Notes: generated by a model not told the origin, from the letters alone. Shown: positions 10,575 through 20,631, counted from the stretch's first letter. The stretch: DNA of 64,000 nucleotides from Alphaproteobacteria bacterium (GCA_965220745.1 CBDCQT010000012.1:352001-416000), one strand, 5' to 3'. Program-made: numbers and translations.

Positions 10575-11357
10575 CTACACGTCCCAGCCGCCATCGACCG
10601 TGATGGCTTGGCCGGTGATCTGGCGGCTGTCCTCGCTCGCCATGAACAGCACGGCGTTGGCCACGTCCTGGCAGGTGGTCACGCGCTTCAGGCACATCTC
10701 CTGCACGTATTCGTCGTACACCTCGTCGATGGTCCAGCCGCGCACGCGGGCTTTCTCCTCGCAGAGCTTCTGCATGCGCGGGGTCTCGACGATGCCGGGG
10801 CAGACCGCGTTGACGTTGACGTTGTACTTGCCGACCTCCAGCGCGACCGTGCGCGTGATCCCGCGCACCGCCCATTTGGAGGCGCTGTAGGCTGTGCGCA
10901 TGGCGTAGCCGCGCAGGCCCGAGGTGCCGCCGATGTTGACGATCTTGCCGCTCTTCTGCGCGATCATGGTCGGCACCACGTGCTTGATGGGCAGGAAGGT
11001 GCCGATCTCGTTGGCCCTGATGACGTAGTCGAAGTCGGCCACGTCGATGTCCTGCACCGGCGTCTCGATGGGCCCGGTGACGCCCGCGATGTTGACCAGG
11101 ATGTCGATGCGCCCGCCGAAGGCTTCGAGGGCCTTGTCGACCACCGCCTTGACCTCGGCATCTTCGGTCACGTCGCAGGCCACGACGTGGGCCTGCCGCC
11201 CCAGCGCGCGCACGTCCGCAGCGACCTGTTCGAGCGGCTGGGTGTCGCGGGCGGTCAGCACGACATCGGCGCCCTCGCGCGCGAGTGTCGTCGTGATGGC
11301 CGCGCCCATGCCCTTCGCGGCGCCGGTGACGATCGCCTTCTTGCCATCCACTTTCAC
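10575..11357 (-). CDS. SDR family oxidoreductase
   Basis: TGAAKGMG, NIAG, YSASK. Confidence 0.92.
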   Translation of the reverse strand: MKVDGKKAIVTGAAKGMGAAITTTLAREGADVVLTARDTQPLEQVAADVRALGRQAHVVACDVTEDAEVKAVVDKALEAFGGRIDILVNIAGVTGPIETPVQDIDVADFDYVIRANEIGTFLPIKHVVPTMIAQKSGKIVNIGGTSGLRGYAMRTAYSASKWAVRGITRTVALEVGKYNVNVNAVCPGIVETPRMQKLCEEKARVRGWTIDEVYDEYVQEMCLKRVTTCQDVANAVLFMASEDSRQITGQAITVDGGWDV

Positions 11358-11382
11358 TGCACTGTTCTCCTGCTTGCGTCGC

Positions 11383-12978
11383 TCATTGGCCTTTCGTCTC
11401 GGGTTGCCCGTAACCGCCGCCGCCGCAGCTCTCGACGATCACCACGTCGTCCCTGTCGAGGCGGAGGTTCGCCTTGCCCGGCATGTCCTCCCGACTGCCG
11501 TCCGCATGCGCGATGGTGACGCGGAAGGGGGCTCCGTCCTCGCCGCCCTGCAGGCCGTAAGGCGGCACCACGCGGCGCTCGAACATCGAGGTCACCGACA
11601 TGTCGTCGGTGAGCACCCGGTATTCGCGATGCAGACCCTCGCCGCCCTGCTGCCGGCCAGCGCCGCCCGAGCCCTGGCGCAGGCGCTGGCTCTCAATGCG
11701 GATGGGGAACTCGGCCTCCACCACCTCGGCCGGGGTGTTCATCACGTTGGACATGTGCACGCGCACCACCGGGGCGCCGTCGCGGTCGTGCCGCGCGCCT
11801 TCGCCGCCGCCGTGGACCTCATAGAGCGTGGTCCAGGCGCCGTCGGCCCGCCTGCCGCCGAACAGCACCAGGCCCGACGTGGTCGGCCCGCCGGCCGAGA
11901 TGCGCTCGGGACCCACGGCTTCGAAGGCCTTGAACACGGCATCCGCGATCCGCTGCGAGGTCTCGTGGTTGCCGCCCACCACGGGGCTCTCCCGGCCGGG
12001 GTCGAGCAGGGAGCCGGGGCGGGTCACGATCTCCAGCGGCCGGTAGCAACCGCCGCTCGGCTGGATGTCGGAGCCAAAGAGCGTCTTCACCACGTAGAAG
12101 ACCGAGGCCGCGGCGATGAAGGGCGTGGTGTTCACCGGCCCCCGCGCCGCGTCTTCGGTCCCGGAGAAGTCAAAGCGGGCGCCGTCGCCTTCGATGGTGA
12201 CGCGCACGCGAACGGCAACCGGCCCGCCGCCGCCGGCATCGTCATCGAGCCAGTCCGCGCCTTCGTAGGTGCCGTCGGGAATGGCCGCGAGCGCCGCCCG
12301 CATCTGCGCCTCGGCCCGGTCGTGAATCGCGGCGATGGCGGCCAGCACCGTCTCCCGCCCGTGCTCGGCGCAGATGTGCTGCACCCGCTCGTCTGCTGCC
12401 CGGCTGGCGGCGACCTGAGCCAGGATGTCGCCCTCGCGCTCGTCGGCGCCCCGCACGTTGGCGCAGATCATGTCCAGCTTCTCGCGGTCCGGCCCGGCGA
12501 CGGTGAAGAGTCGGAAAGGCGGGATGCGCAGCCCCTCCTGCCAGGCGTCGGTGGCGCCGGCGACGTAGCTGCCGGGCACCGCGCCGCCGATATCCGCCCA
12601 ATGGGCGAGGCTCGCCGCGAACGCGACGATAGAGCCATCCACGAAGATCGGCCGGATCGCCTTCACGTCGGGCAGGTGGTTGCCGCCCACCTCGGGCAGG
12701 TTGAGGAACCAGACATCGCCGGGCTCCAGCCTCTCCCTGGGCACCCGCTTCAAAAACTCGCGCACGGTAAAGCTCATCACCCCCATGTGCATGGGGATGT
12801 CGCGGCCCTGGGCGATGAGGTGGCCGTCGGCATCGGTCAGCGCGGACGAGAGATCGCCGGCCTCGCGCAGCAGCGGCGAACGGGCCGAGCGCATGACCAC
12901 GAGCGACATCTCCTCCGCCGTCGCCGACAGCGCGTGGCGGATGACTTCGAGTGTGACCGGATCCACGGCGCCGCTCAT
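11383..12978 (-). CDS. Hydantoinase B/oxoprolinase family protein
   Basis: DPVTLEV, GGNHLPD, AHWADIGG, EGLRIPP, GGGGYG. Confidence 0.9.
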   Translation of the reverse strand: MSGAVDPVTLEVIRHALSATAEEMSLVVMRSARSPLLREAGDLSSALTDADGHLIAQGRDIPMHMGVMSFTVREFLKRVPRERLEPGDVWFLNLPEVGGNHLPDVKAIRPIFVDGSIVAFAASLAHWADIGGAVPGSYVAGATDAWQEGLRIPPFRLFTVAGPDREKLDMICANVRGADEREGDILAQVAASRAADERVQHICAEHGRETVLAAIAAIHDRAEAQMRAALAAIPDGTYEGADWLDDDAGGGGPVAVRVRVTIEGDGARFDFSGTEDAARGPVNTTPFIAAASVFYVVKTLFGSDIQPSGGCYRPLEIVTRPGSLLDPGRESPVVGGNHETSQRIADAVFKAFEAVGPERISAGGPTTSGLVLFGGRRADGAWTTLYEVHGGGEGARHDRDGAPVVRVHMSNVMNTPAEVVEAEFPIRIESQRLRQGSGGAGRQQGGEGLHREYRVLTDDMSVTSMFERRVVPPYGLQGGEDGAPFRVTIAHADGSREDMPGKANLRLDRDDVVIVESCGGGGYGQPETKGQ

Positions 12979-14990
12979 AGGCCGGCTCCGGTGGCGATGT
13001 GGAGATGGCCCGCGTCGTCAGCGGTAAGCGTTGCGCCCGGCGGCACGACCACGGTCGACCACGCATCGTCGACGATGACTGGCCCCTCCAGCGAACTGTC
13101 CGGGCTCAGGCCCGCGCGGTCGTAGCGCGGCGTCGGCACCGGCTCGCCGGACTCGAACGTCGCCGGCAGCGTCTTGATGGGCGAGAGCGCTTCGTTGGTC
13201 TTGGCGGCGGGAGAATGGACCGCGCCATTGCTGGGCGCCGAGACTCGCATCCTAATCGAGACCAGCTCCCACGGCTCCTCGGTGGCGAAGCCGTAGAGCG
13301 CCCGGTGGCGCTCCATGAAGGCGCGGCCCAGCTCCAGCGGGTCGTCGAGCGCGGCGTCCGCGATCTCGATGGCGTAGCTCTGGCCGCTGTAGCGGACCGA
13401 CGCGACCTCCTCCACCGCAAGTGCCGCGTCCTCATGACCGGCCGCGGCGAGCGGCGCGGCGAGGGTCGCGCGGAGCTCCCGCCGCACGCCGTCCACGCGC
13501 GCCTGATCCCACGAGTCGGCGGCCATGCGGAGCGTGCGCTGCTGCGCGTAGCTCATCTCCGCGCCGACACAGCCCAGCGCCGAGAACATGCTGGAATGCG
13601 CCGGCACCACCACCTTGTCGATGGAGAAGGCGCGGGCCAGCGCCACGGCGTGCATGGGGCCCGCGCCGCCGAAGGCGAGCAGCGTGCAACTGCGCCCGTC
13701 GACGCCGCGCTCCACGGTCACTCGGCGCAGCGCCCGCAGCATCGCCGCGTTCGCGACCCTGACGACGCCCAGAGCCGCAGCCTCGGGCGTCATGTCCATG
13801 GCGGCGCTGAGCGGCGCGATCACGTCGTGGGCCGCGCGCGCATCCAGGTGCACGTCGCCGCCCAGCACACGGTCCGTGGCCATGTATCCCAGCAGCAGGT
13901 TGGCGTCGGTCACGGTCGGCCGGTCGCCGCCCTTAGCGTAGCAGGCCGGCCCTGGCACGGCGCCGGCGCTCTCCGGCCCCACCATCAGCGAGCCGTGATC
14001 GAGCCGCGCGATGGAGCCGCCGCCGGCCCCGATGGACTCGACGGCCACCATGGGCTGCCGCAGGGGCCGCCCGCCGAGGGAGCGGTCGCTCGCGATCTGC
14101 GCCGCGCCGTCGAGGATCAGGCAGACATCGGTGGTGGTGCCGCCCATGTCGAAGCTGATGGCACGCTCGATTCCGAGCGCGCGGGCCATGCGGCCCGCCG
14201 CGGCAACGCCGGCGGCGGGGCCCGAGGCGGCGAGACCGAGCGGCAGGTCGCGCAGCGCCGCAGGCGAGGCCATGCCGCCGGCGGAGTGGAAGAGGTGCAG
14301 CCGGGAGGCCTCCGGTTTCGCCGCTTCCAGGTCGTCCATGTACGCGGCTGCCAGGGGCATGACGCCGGCGCTCAGTGCCGTGGTCGCCGTCCGCTCGTAC
14401 TCGCGGGCCTCGGGATTGACCCGGTGCGAGAGCGCGACGAAGGGGAAGCGCGCGCGCAGCCGCTCGCCCAGGGCCTCCTCGTGGGCGGGGTTGGCGTAGG
14501 AATGCAGCAGCGAAACGGCGACCGCCTCGGCATCGCTCGCAGCGACGCGTCCGATCGCGTCCGCCACTGAGTCCGGGTCCAGCGCGGTCATGACCCGGCC
14601 GTCGTGGTCGAGCCGCTCGGTCACCTCGAAGCGGCGTTCGGCCGGCACTTGGGGTGTGAGCTTCGGCGGCAGGTCTAGCCGGTAGAGGTGGCGCCGGTTC
14701 TGGCGCCCGATGGCGAGCGTGTCCGAGAACCCATGCGTGGCGATCAGCGCGACCCTGGCGTGGTCGCCCTGGATGATGGCGTTGGTGACGATGGTGGTGC
14801 CGTGGATCAGGTCGTCCACGTCCGCCCATTGGAGATCGACCGCGCCGAGCGCCGCCACCAGGCCCGCGATGCGGTCGTCGGTGCGGGAGGGGACCTTCGC
14901 GGCTCTCACCTCGCCGCGCGCCCGGTGATGGGCGATCACGTCGGTGAACGTGCCGCCGACATCGATACCGACTTGCCATCCCTTCGGCAC
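12975..14990 (-). CDS. Hydantoinase A/oxoprolinase family protein (ATP-binding)
   Basis: GIDVGGTFTD, HGTT, SGPAAG, DMGGTTTD, GAGGGS; GTG start at 14990 inferred. Confidence 0.9.
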   Translation of the reverse strand: MPKGWQVGIDVGGTFTDVIAHHRARGEVRAAKVPSRTDDRIAGLVAALGAVDLQWADVDDLIHGTTIVTNAIIQGDHARVALIATHGFSDTLAIGRQNRRHLYRLDLPPKLTPQVPAERRFEVTERLDHDGRVMTALDPDSVADAIGRVAASDAEAVAVSLLHSYANPAHEEALGERLRARFPFVALSHRVNPEAREYERTATTALSAGVMPLAAAYMDDLEAAKPEASRLHLFHSAGGMASPAALRDLPLGLAASGPAAGVAAAGRMARALGIERAISFDMGGTTTDVCLILDGAAQIASDRSLGGRPLRQPMVAVESIGAGGGSIARLDHGSLMVGPESAGAVPGPACYAKGGDRPTVTDANLLLGYMATDRVLGGDVHLDARAAHDVIAPLSAAMDMTPEAAALGVVRVANAAMLRALRRVTVERGVDGRSCTLLAFGGAGPMHAVALARAFSIDKVVVPAHSSMFSALGCVGAEMSYAQQRTLRMAADSWDQARVDGVRRELRATLAAPLAAAGHEDAALAVEEVASVRYSGQSYAIEIADAALDDPLELGRAFMERHRALYGFATEEPWELVSIRMRVSAPSNGAVHSPAAKTNEALSPIKTLPATFESGEPVPTPRYDRAGLSPDSSLEGPVIVDDAWSTVVVPPGATLTADDAGHLHIATGAGL

Positions 14991-15055
14991 GGCGCCGCCT
15001 CCGGATGCCGGGTCGCCGGGCGGCCTTTCTTTGCGGACCGTTACGGCAACCGGAA

Positions 15056-15091
15056 TTATCGAATATCGAAAGTTATTTCGATATTCGATAA
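15056..15091. promoter_or_regulatory. Perfect 16-bp inverted repeat, probable operator
   Basis: ttatcgaatatcgaaa-gtta-tttcgatattcgataa; AT-rich; about 65 bp upstream of the operon's first gene. Confidence 0.7.
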
Positions 15092-15167
15092 AGATGCGCC
15101 GTCTCCCGGCGTCCGTCAACAGGAAATTTCGACAGTGCTGTGGGGTGGCCGGTGACGAGGTGACCCC

Positions 15168-15439
15168 CTAGCCCGCCTTTCTCACCAAGGTCATGGTCTG
15201 CGCGGCGCCGTCCAGCCGACAGGGTAGGAGAGGCGCGCAGCGCGATGCGGGGACATCGGGCAAACGCCTCGACGCACACTGTCGGCTGGAGAGCGCCGCC
15301 CTTCGGGTCGCGCCTAGGCGCCCGCCCGCGGCGTCGTGGGCCTCAACCGTATTCCCTGATACGCTTTTCGGCCCGCTCCTGGCGGATCGAACGTCTGGGC
15401 GCGACGCAGGCTGTGACATTGGTGAGAAATCCGGGCTAG
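15168..15439. mobile_element. MITE-like element with 26-bp terminal inverted repeats
   Basis: ctagcccgcctttctcaccaaggtca (15168-15193) vs tgacattggtgagaaatccgggctag (15414-15439): 23/26 complementary; no transposase inside. Confidence 0.65.
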
Positions 15440-15616
15440 AGCGTGTCTGTCTTTGACAGACGCGCGACAGGCCGCGACTGCGGCCCGCCGATAATGCGGC
15501 GCGCCCGCGCAGGCGCCGGCCGGTCGCGCCGGAAGGCGCGCGGAATCGCAGGACGGCCGGCTGCCGTGATCGATAAAGAAGCCGGAGCGTTTCCGTGCAA
15601 AACGGAAACGCTCTAG
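15436..15616. repeat. CTAGAGCG...CGCTCTAG-bounded intergenic element with terminal hairpins (RIME/IS630-MITE-like)
   Basis: Ends ctagagcg / cgctctag; hairpin gcgtgtctgtc..gacagacgcgc; 12-bp stem gagcgtttccgt (15585-15596) / acggaaacgctc (15602-15613). Confidence 0.5.
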
Positions 15617-15621
15617 CGGAG

Positions 15622-16854
15622 CTAAGACGCTCCTTGTCCAGGCTCCGTCGCGTTGACGAGCGCGGCCATGTTTCCATACGGGTGGCGGTTCTCGTACATC
15701 TGCTGATGCGCCTCGCCGATTTCGTCGAACGAGAAGGTGTGAGACAGGCAGGGATCGACCTTCCGGTCCATGATCATCCGGTTTACGGCCGCGGCCTGCT
15801 CGTCGTTCGACAGGTGGCTGCCCTGAAACCGCTTCTGCCGCATCCAGTGGTAGCGAAGGTCGAGTGTCGCGGTGTACCCGGTCGTTCCGGCGCAAATGAC
15901 GATCATGCCGCCTGTCGCGCACAGGAATCCCGAGGTTGGCAGCGTCGCCTCGCCGGGGTGCTCAAAGACGATGCGGGGGCTCGCCTTCTCTCCAGCCGCT
16001 TCCCAGAAGGCCTTGCCGAACGCCCGGGCGCCCTTGAACCACTGCCCCCAATCCTCGCTGCTCGTGTCAGGCATCGGACCCCAGTGGTCGAAATCGTTCC
16101 GGTTAATCACGCCGACGGCGCCGTGGTCGAGACAGAACTGCCGTTTCTCTCCATCGGACACGACTGCCACCGGTTTGCCGCCGTTTGCCGTCACGATCTG
16201 GAGCGCCAGCGCGCCGAGCCCGCCGGCGGCGCCCCACACCAAAACGTAGTCGCCCTCTTCGACGACGTTCGGCGACCAACCCATGAGCATTCGGTACGCA
16301 GTCGACGCACAGAGCAGGTAGCAGCCGGCGGCCTCCCACGAGAGATGCTTGGGCTTCGGCTGACACTGGTGAGATTGGGCCCGGGCAAACTGGCAGTAGC
16401 TGCCGTAATTGGTCTGGTAGCCCCAGATGCGCGTGCTTTCGGCGAGCATGGGGTCGCGTCCGGACAGCACCCACGGGTCGTCCGGCTCCCACCAACCGCT
16501 ATGGACGACGACTTCATCACCGGGGCGGACGTTTGTCACCTGATCGCCGACTGCGAACACGATGCCCGAGCAGTCGCTGCCGCCCGCATGAAAGTCCTCC
16601 GGCTCTCCCTTCCTCTGCCGGTCGGCGATGACATCGACGGGCGTGCCGAGGGCCGCCCAGACATTGTTGTAGTTGATTCCGGTTGCCATGACGTAGACGA
16701 GCACGTCGAGCGGACCGATTTCGGGGGTGTCGATGACTTCCCGCTGCCAAGCGTCCCTGGGTTCGCCGAAACGATCCTGGCGCACGAGGAACGCATGCAT
16801 CTTTTCCGGCACCTCACCCAGCGGCGGGCGATCGCCGAGATCATATAACTCCAT
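15622..16854 (-). CDS. ccr: Crotonyl-CoA carboxylase/reductase family
   Basis: [54 protein letters not shown]. Confidence 0.85.
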   Translation of the reverse strand: MELYDLGDRPPLGEVPEKMHAFLVRQDRFGEPRDAWQREVIDTPEIGPLDVLVYVMATGINYNNVWAALGTPVDVIADRQRKGEPEDFHAGGSDCSGIVFAVGDQVTNVRPGDEVVVHSGWWEPDDPWVLSGRDPMLAESTRIWGYQTNYGSYCQFARAQSHQCQPKPKHLSWEAAGCYLLCASTAYRMLMGWSPNVVEEGDYVLVWGAAGGLGALALQIVTANGGKPVAVVSDGEKRQFCLDHGAVGVINRNDFDHWGPMPDTSSEDWGQWFKGARAFGKAFWEAAGEKASPRIVFEHPGEATLPTSGFLCATGGMIVICAGTTGYTATLDLRYHWMRQKRFQGSHLSNDEQAAAVNRMIMDRKVDPCLSHTFSFDEIGEAHQQMYENRHPYGNMAALVNATEPGQGAS

Positions 16855-17078
16855 TTGCTTCCTCCCCTCACGCTCCGCGATCCACATTGGGGACGAAGCC
16901 GCAGGCACTAGGTCTTCACGCGATAACCCGCTATCAGCAGCGCGTGAGTGCTTAAGCTATTTCGATATCTCACTAATTGTCGAGTAAATCTGCTGCCATG
17001 CTCTCCCCAGAATTCGAGTCATCGCCGAAACCCTGCCGTCTCACACCATCGGCTTCGCCGATGCGGTCCCCGACTCCG

Positions 17079-17771
17079 CTACGCCGGTGTACCGGTCTGT
17101 GGGATCGGCAGTCCGAACAGGAAACGCCGGCTGCCCGCCAGCTCGCGGCGGCGCTTCAGGTCCATGGTGCAGTCCTCGGCGGCGTCCAGGGCGCGCACGG
17201 CGCTCTCGTAGAGCGGCAGCGCTGCGGCGACGGCGACGGAAGGCCGGATGCGCTCCACGGTGAAGTCCAGCTTCTCGCGCGCCTGCGCGATGGTGTAGCG
17301 GCCGTCCCGCACCCAATCGACGGTGATCCAGTCCAGGGTCTCCAGGAAGGAGAGCGAATCCGCCGCCTGCACGAAGTCGGCCTCCCAGCCGCCGCCGATC
17401 TCGTGCCGCAGGATGAGCCGGCGTACGCGCCGGATGAACGCCTCGTCCGGCGCCGGCGTGCGGCTGCGCAGCCATTCCTCCACGATGTTCGCAGACCGGG
17501 TGGAGTGCGCGAAGAGATAGTCGGGATCGTCGAAGCCGTTGGTCGGCGTGCTGGACGGCCCGCCGGGGAAGAATCGCTCGGCGTCATGCGTCAGCGCCGC
17601 GAACCTGAGCTCGGGCGAGGCCTCGGGGCAGATCTTGACGGTCCACACGCGTGTCGCGATCAGGTGCTCCAGTTGGTAGAAGCCGTCCAGCCATTCCATC
17701 GCGTCGTCTTCCAGCCGCGAGAGACCGGCGTTGGCATAGCGCCCGCGGGCGGGATACTCCATGTCGGTCAC
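17079..17771 (-). CDS. HD-superfamily metal-dependent hydrolase (DUF4202-like)
   Basis: H...LTHDAER...AHS...RHE...ADSLSF pattern; overlaps the coxL-like stop. Confidence 0.6.
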   Translation of the reverse strand: MTDMEYPARGRYANAGLSRLEDDAMEWLDGFYQLEHLIATRVWTVKICPEASPELRFAALTHDAERFFPGGPSSTPTNGFDDPDYLFAHSTRSANIVEEWLRSRTPAPDEAFIRRVRRLILRHEIGGGWEADFVQAADSLSFLETLDWITVDWVRDGRYTIAQAREKLDFTVERIRPSVAVAAALPLYESAVRALDAAEDCTMDLKRRRELAGSRRFLFGLPIPQTGTPA

Positions 17772-20143
17772 CTCATCGTGGCATCGGAGCCGCGCGCGTC
17801 CCGTGCTTCCGACAGCGCTTGCCAGACACGCTCCGGCGTGAGCGGCAGGGTCGAAATCTCCACGCCATGGTCCGCCAGCGCATCGCAGACGGCGTTGGTG
17901 ACGGCCGCCGCCGGCGGGATCGTGCCGACCTCGCCGACGCCGCGCACGCCGAAGGGCGTGACCGAGGAAGGGACCTCGGTGTGCAGCAGGTCGATGGGCG
18001 GCACATCCATGATGGTAGGCGCGAAGTAGTCCAGCATGCTGCCGCTCACGAGCTGGCCCGTGCTCGCGTCGTAGCGAAGCTCCTCCGCCAGCGCCGCGCC
18101 GAGCCCCTGCACCAGACCGCCCCGCACCTGGCCGTCGACGAGTGGTGGATTGACCACGACGCCGCAGTCGTGCGCCATCACGAAGCGCTCCACGTCGAAC
18201 TCGCCGCTCTCGTCATCGACCGAGACGACGGCAGCGGCGGTGCCGAACGAGAACGACGCGTGCGAGGGCTCGAAGTGAGCGGTCGCCTCCAGGCCCGGCT
18301 TCTCGTCCTCCGGAATCCCCTGCCCGATGATGGCGCGGGTGAAGATGTCGGCGAGCGGCACGGTACGGCCGGGCTCGTCCGCCACACGCACCACGCGCCC
18401 GCGCACCTCCAGCGCGTCCAGTGTCGATTGCAGCACCATGGCCGCGATGCGAAGCGTCTTGTCGCGTAGCGCGTTGGCGGCCTCGCGGATGGCGCCGGCG
18501 GCGGCGATCAGGGTGCGGGAGGCGAAGGCGCCCGTGTTCAGAGGCGATGCCCCGCTGTCGCCTGCATGGACCGTGATGGCCTCGTAGTCGATGCCGAAGA
18601 CCTCGGCGCAAACTTGCGCGAACGCCGTCTCGCTGCCTTGCCCGAAGGTTGAGACGCCAGTGTAGAGGTCGATGCCGCCGGAGCGGTTGGCGCGCAGGAC
18701 GACGCTCTCGTGGGCGCCGAAGCGGGAGCCGCGCCCCGCGAGGAAGCGCGCACTGGCGTAGCCCGTGCGCTCGACGAAGGAGGCGAAGCCGATGCCCGTC
18801 AGCCGCGCGTCGTCGCGGCACTCCCGGCCTTCGGCGCGATGGGCGTCGTAGTCCACGGCGTCGGCGGCCAGCTGCAGGGTCCGCAAGTAATCGCCGTTGT
18901 CGTAGACCGCGCGGCTCGGCGTGGTCCAGGGCAGGTCTTCCGGCCGCAGCATGTTCGTTCGCCGCAGCTCCAGCGGGTCAATATCGAGACGCCGCGCCAG
19001 CCGGTCGATCAGGACCTCCAGGGCGAAGTTCACTTCCGGCTGACCGTAGCCGCGATAGGCCCCGATCGGCGTCTTGTTGGTGAGCGCGACGCGACGCTCC
19101 ACCGCCGCATCGGCCACCCTGTAGGGGCCGGTGAAGACCACGCTGGAAAGCTGCGCCGAGCCGTAGGTGGAGTTCCAGGCGCCGAGGTCGGTGGTGTACT
19201 GGTTGGTGATTGCGACGATGCCCCCGTCCGCCTCGGCGCCGATGCGGACGTCGTGCACGGCCTCCCTTGCGTGAGTGCTGGCGCGGAAGAATTCCAGGCG
19301 GTCCTCGATCCACTTGACCGGGCGCCGCAGCGCCATGGCGTGCAGCACCGCCAGCACGTCCTCGGGATAGAGCCCGAGCTTCATGCCGAAGCCGCCGCCG
19401 ACATCGGAGGCGATAACGCGAATGTAGCCCTCGTCGAGCGGCAGGCACTCCGCCAGCTGCTGCCGAATCAGGTGCGGCGTCTGGGTGGAAGCGTAGACTT
19501 CGAGCACGCGCGCGCCGGCGCGCCAGTGGGCGACGATGCCGCGCCCCTCCATCGGCAGCGCGCTCACCCGGTTCACATGGAAGCGCCCCTCGACGACGGC
19601 CGGGGCCTCGGCCATGCGGCTCTCGGGATCGCCGGCGCGATCCACGTTGCTGGTCAGCAGGTTGGACGGCAGCGTCTCGGGATGCAGCACCGGCGCGTCG
19701 TCGGCGAGTGCACCGAGCGTGTCGGTCACGTGCGGCAGCGGCTCGTAGTCGATGTCGATCAGCTCCAGCGCGTCCTCGGCGATGGCGCGGCTGGTCGCGA
19801 CCACGCTCACCACGGGCTGGCCCTCGTGGATCGCCTCTTCGCCGGCCAGCGCGTAGTAGGGCAGCAGCGGCGCGCCGGGCACGGGCCGCAGCACCGTGAG
19901 CGGCTCGCTCGCGGCCCGCACGTCGCCGCCGATCAGGATGTGCCGGACGCCGGCAAGCGCGCGGGCTTGCGCCACGTCGATCGCGCCGATGGCGGCGCGG
20001 GGGAAGGGGCAGCGGCCCACCGCCATCTCCAGCTGATGGGCCAGCTGCACATCGTCGGTGAAGAGGCCGTCGCCGCGCAGCAGGCGGTCGTCCTCCTTGC
20101 GGGGGAGCGCGGCGCCGATAAGGCTACGGCGGGGTACGCTCAC
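17768..20143 (-). CDS. Molybdenum hydroxylase large subunit (CoxL/XDH family; not form I CODH)
   Basis: RKEDDRLLRG, DVGGGFGMK, AYRGYGQPE, GVRGVGE; GTG start inferred. Confidence 0.9.
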   Translation of the reverse strand: MSVPRRSLIGAALPRKEDDRLLRGDGLFTDDVQLAHQLEMAVGRCPFPRAAIGAIDVAQARALAGVRHILIGGDVRAASEPLTVLRPVPGAPLLPYYALAGEEAIHEGQPVVSVVATSRAIAEDALELIDIDYEPLPHVTDTLGALADDAPVLHPETLPSNLLTSNVDRAGDPESRMAEAPAVVEGRFHVNRVSALPMEGRGIVAHWRAGARVLEVYASTQTPHLIRQQLAECLPLDEGYIRVIASDVGGGFGMKLGLYPEDVLAVLHAMALRRPVKWIEDRLEFFRASTHAREAVHDVRIGAEADGGIVAITNQYTTDLGAWNSTYGSAQLSSVVFTGPYRVADAAVERRVALTNKTPIGAYRGYGQPEVNFALEVLIDRLARRLDIDPLELRRTNMLRPEDLPWTTPSRAVYDNGDYLRTLQLAADAVDYDAHRAEGRECRDDARLTGIGFASFVERTGYASARFLAGRGSRFGAHESVVLRANRSGGIDLYTGVSTFGQGSETAFAQVCAEVFGIDYEAITVHAGDSGASPLNTGAFASRTLIAAAGAIREAANALRDKTLRIAAMVLQSTLDALEVRGRVVRVADEPGRTVPLADIFTRAIIGQGIPEDEKPGLEATAHFEPSHASFSFGTAAAVVSVDDESGEFDVERFVMAHDCGVVVNPPLVDGQVRGGLVQGLGAALAEELRYDASTGQLVSGSMLDYFAPTIMDVPPIDLLHTEVPSSVTPFGVRGVGEVGTIPPAAAVTNAVCDALADHGVEISTLPLTPERVWQALSEARDARGSDATMR

Positions 20144-20631
20144 GGTGAGGTCTCGGACTCGTCCACGCCCAGGTACGCCTCCACCGCGCGCAGGATGTTC
20201 TCGTAGCCGGTACAACGACAGAGCACGCCGACAAGCTCTTCGCGGATCTCCGCGCGGGAGAGCGTGCGCCCGCTGGCCTTCAGGCTCTCCGCCAGCATCA
20301 GGAAGCCCGGCGTGCAGTAGCCGCACTGCAGCGCGTGATGCCGCTTGAAGGCCTCCTGCGCGGCGTTCAGGCGGTCGCCCTCGGCCAGGGCTTCGACCGT
20401 TGTTACCTCCGCGCCGTCCAGCTGCACGGCGAGCATGAGGCAGGACTTGATGGCGGCGCCGTTCACCAGGATCGTGCACATGCCGCAGACGCCTTGCTCG
20501 CAGCCGACGTGGGTGCCGGTCCAGCCCAGGCGATGACGCAAAAAGTCGGCCGCGTGCATGCGAACCGGCACCTCCGCCGACACCGCCTCGCCGTTCAGAC
20601 GGAAGGCGATGGCGCGCTCAGTGCCGCTCAA
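20140..20631 (-). CDS. Molybdenum hydroxylase 2x[2Fe-2S] small subunit
   Basis: GCEQGVCGMC, QCGYCTPG, LCRCTGY; TTG start overlapping the upstream stop. Confidence 0.9.
   Translation of the reverse strand: MSGTERAIAFRLNGEAVSAEVPVRMHAADFLRHRLGWTGTHVGCEQGVCGMCTILVNGAAIKSCLMLAVQLDGAEVTTVEALAEGDRLNAAQEAFKRHHALQCGYCTPGFLMLAESLKASGRTLSRAEIREELVGVLCRCTGYENILRAVEAYLGVDESETSP

Noticed and set aside
15073-15677. Short ORFs between hyuA and ccr
   Set aside because: Overlap the operator and miniature repeats; Arg/Ala-rich with no motifs
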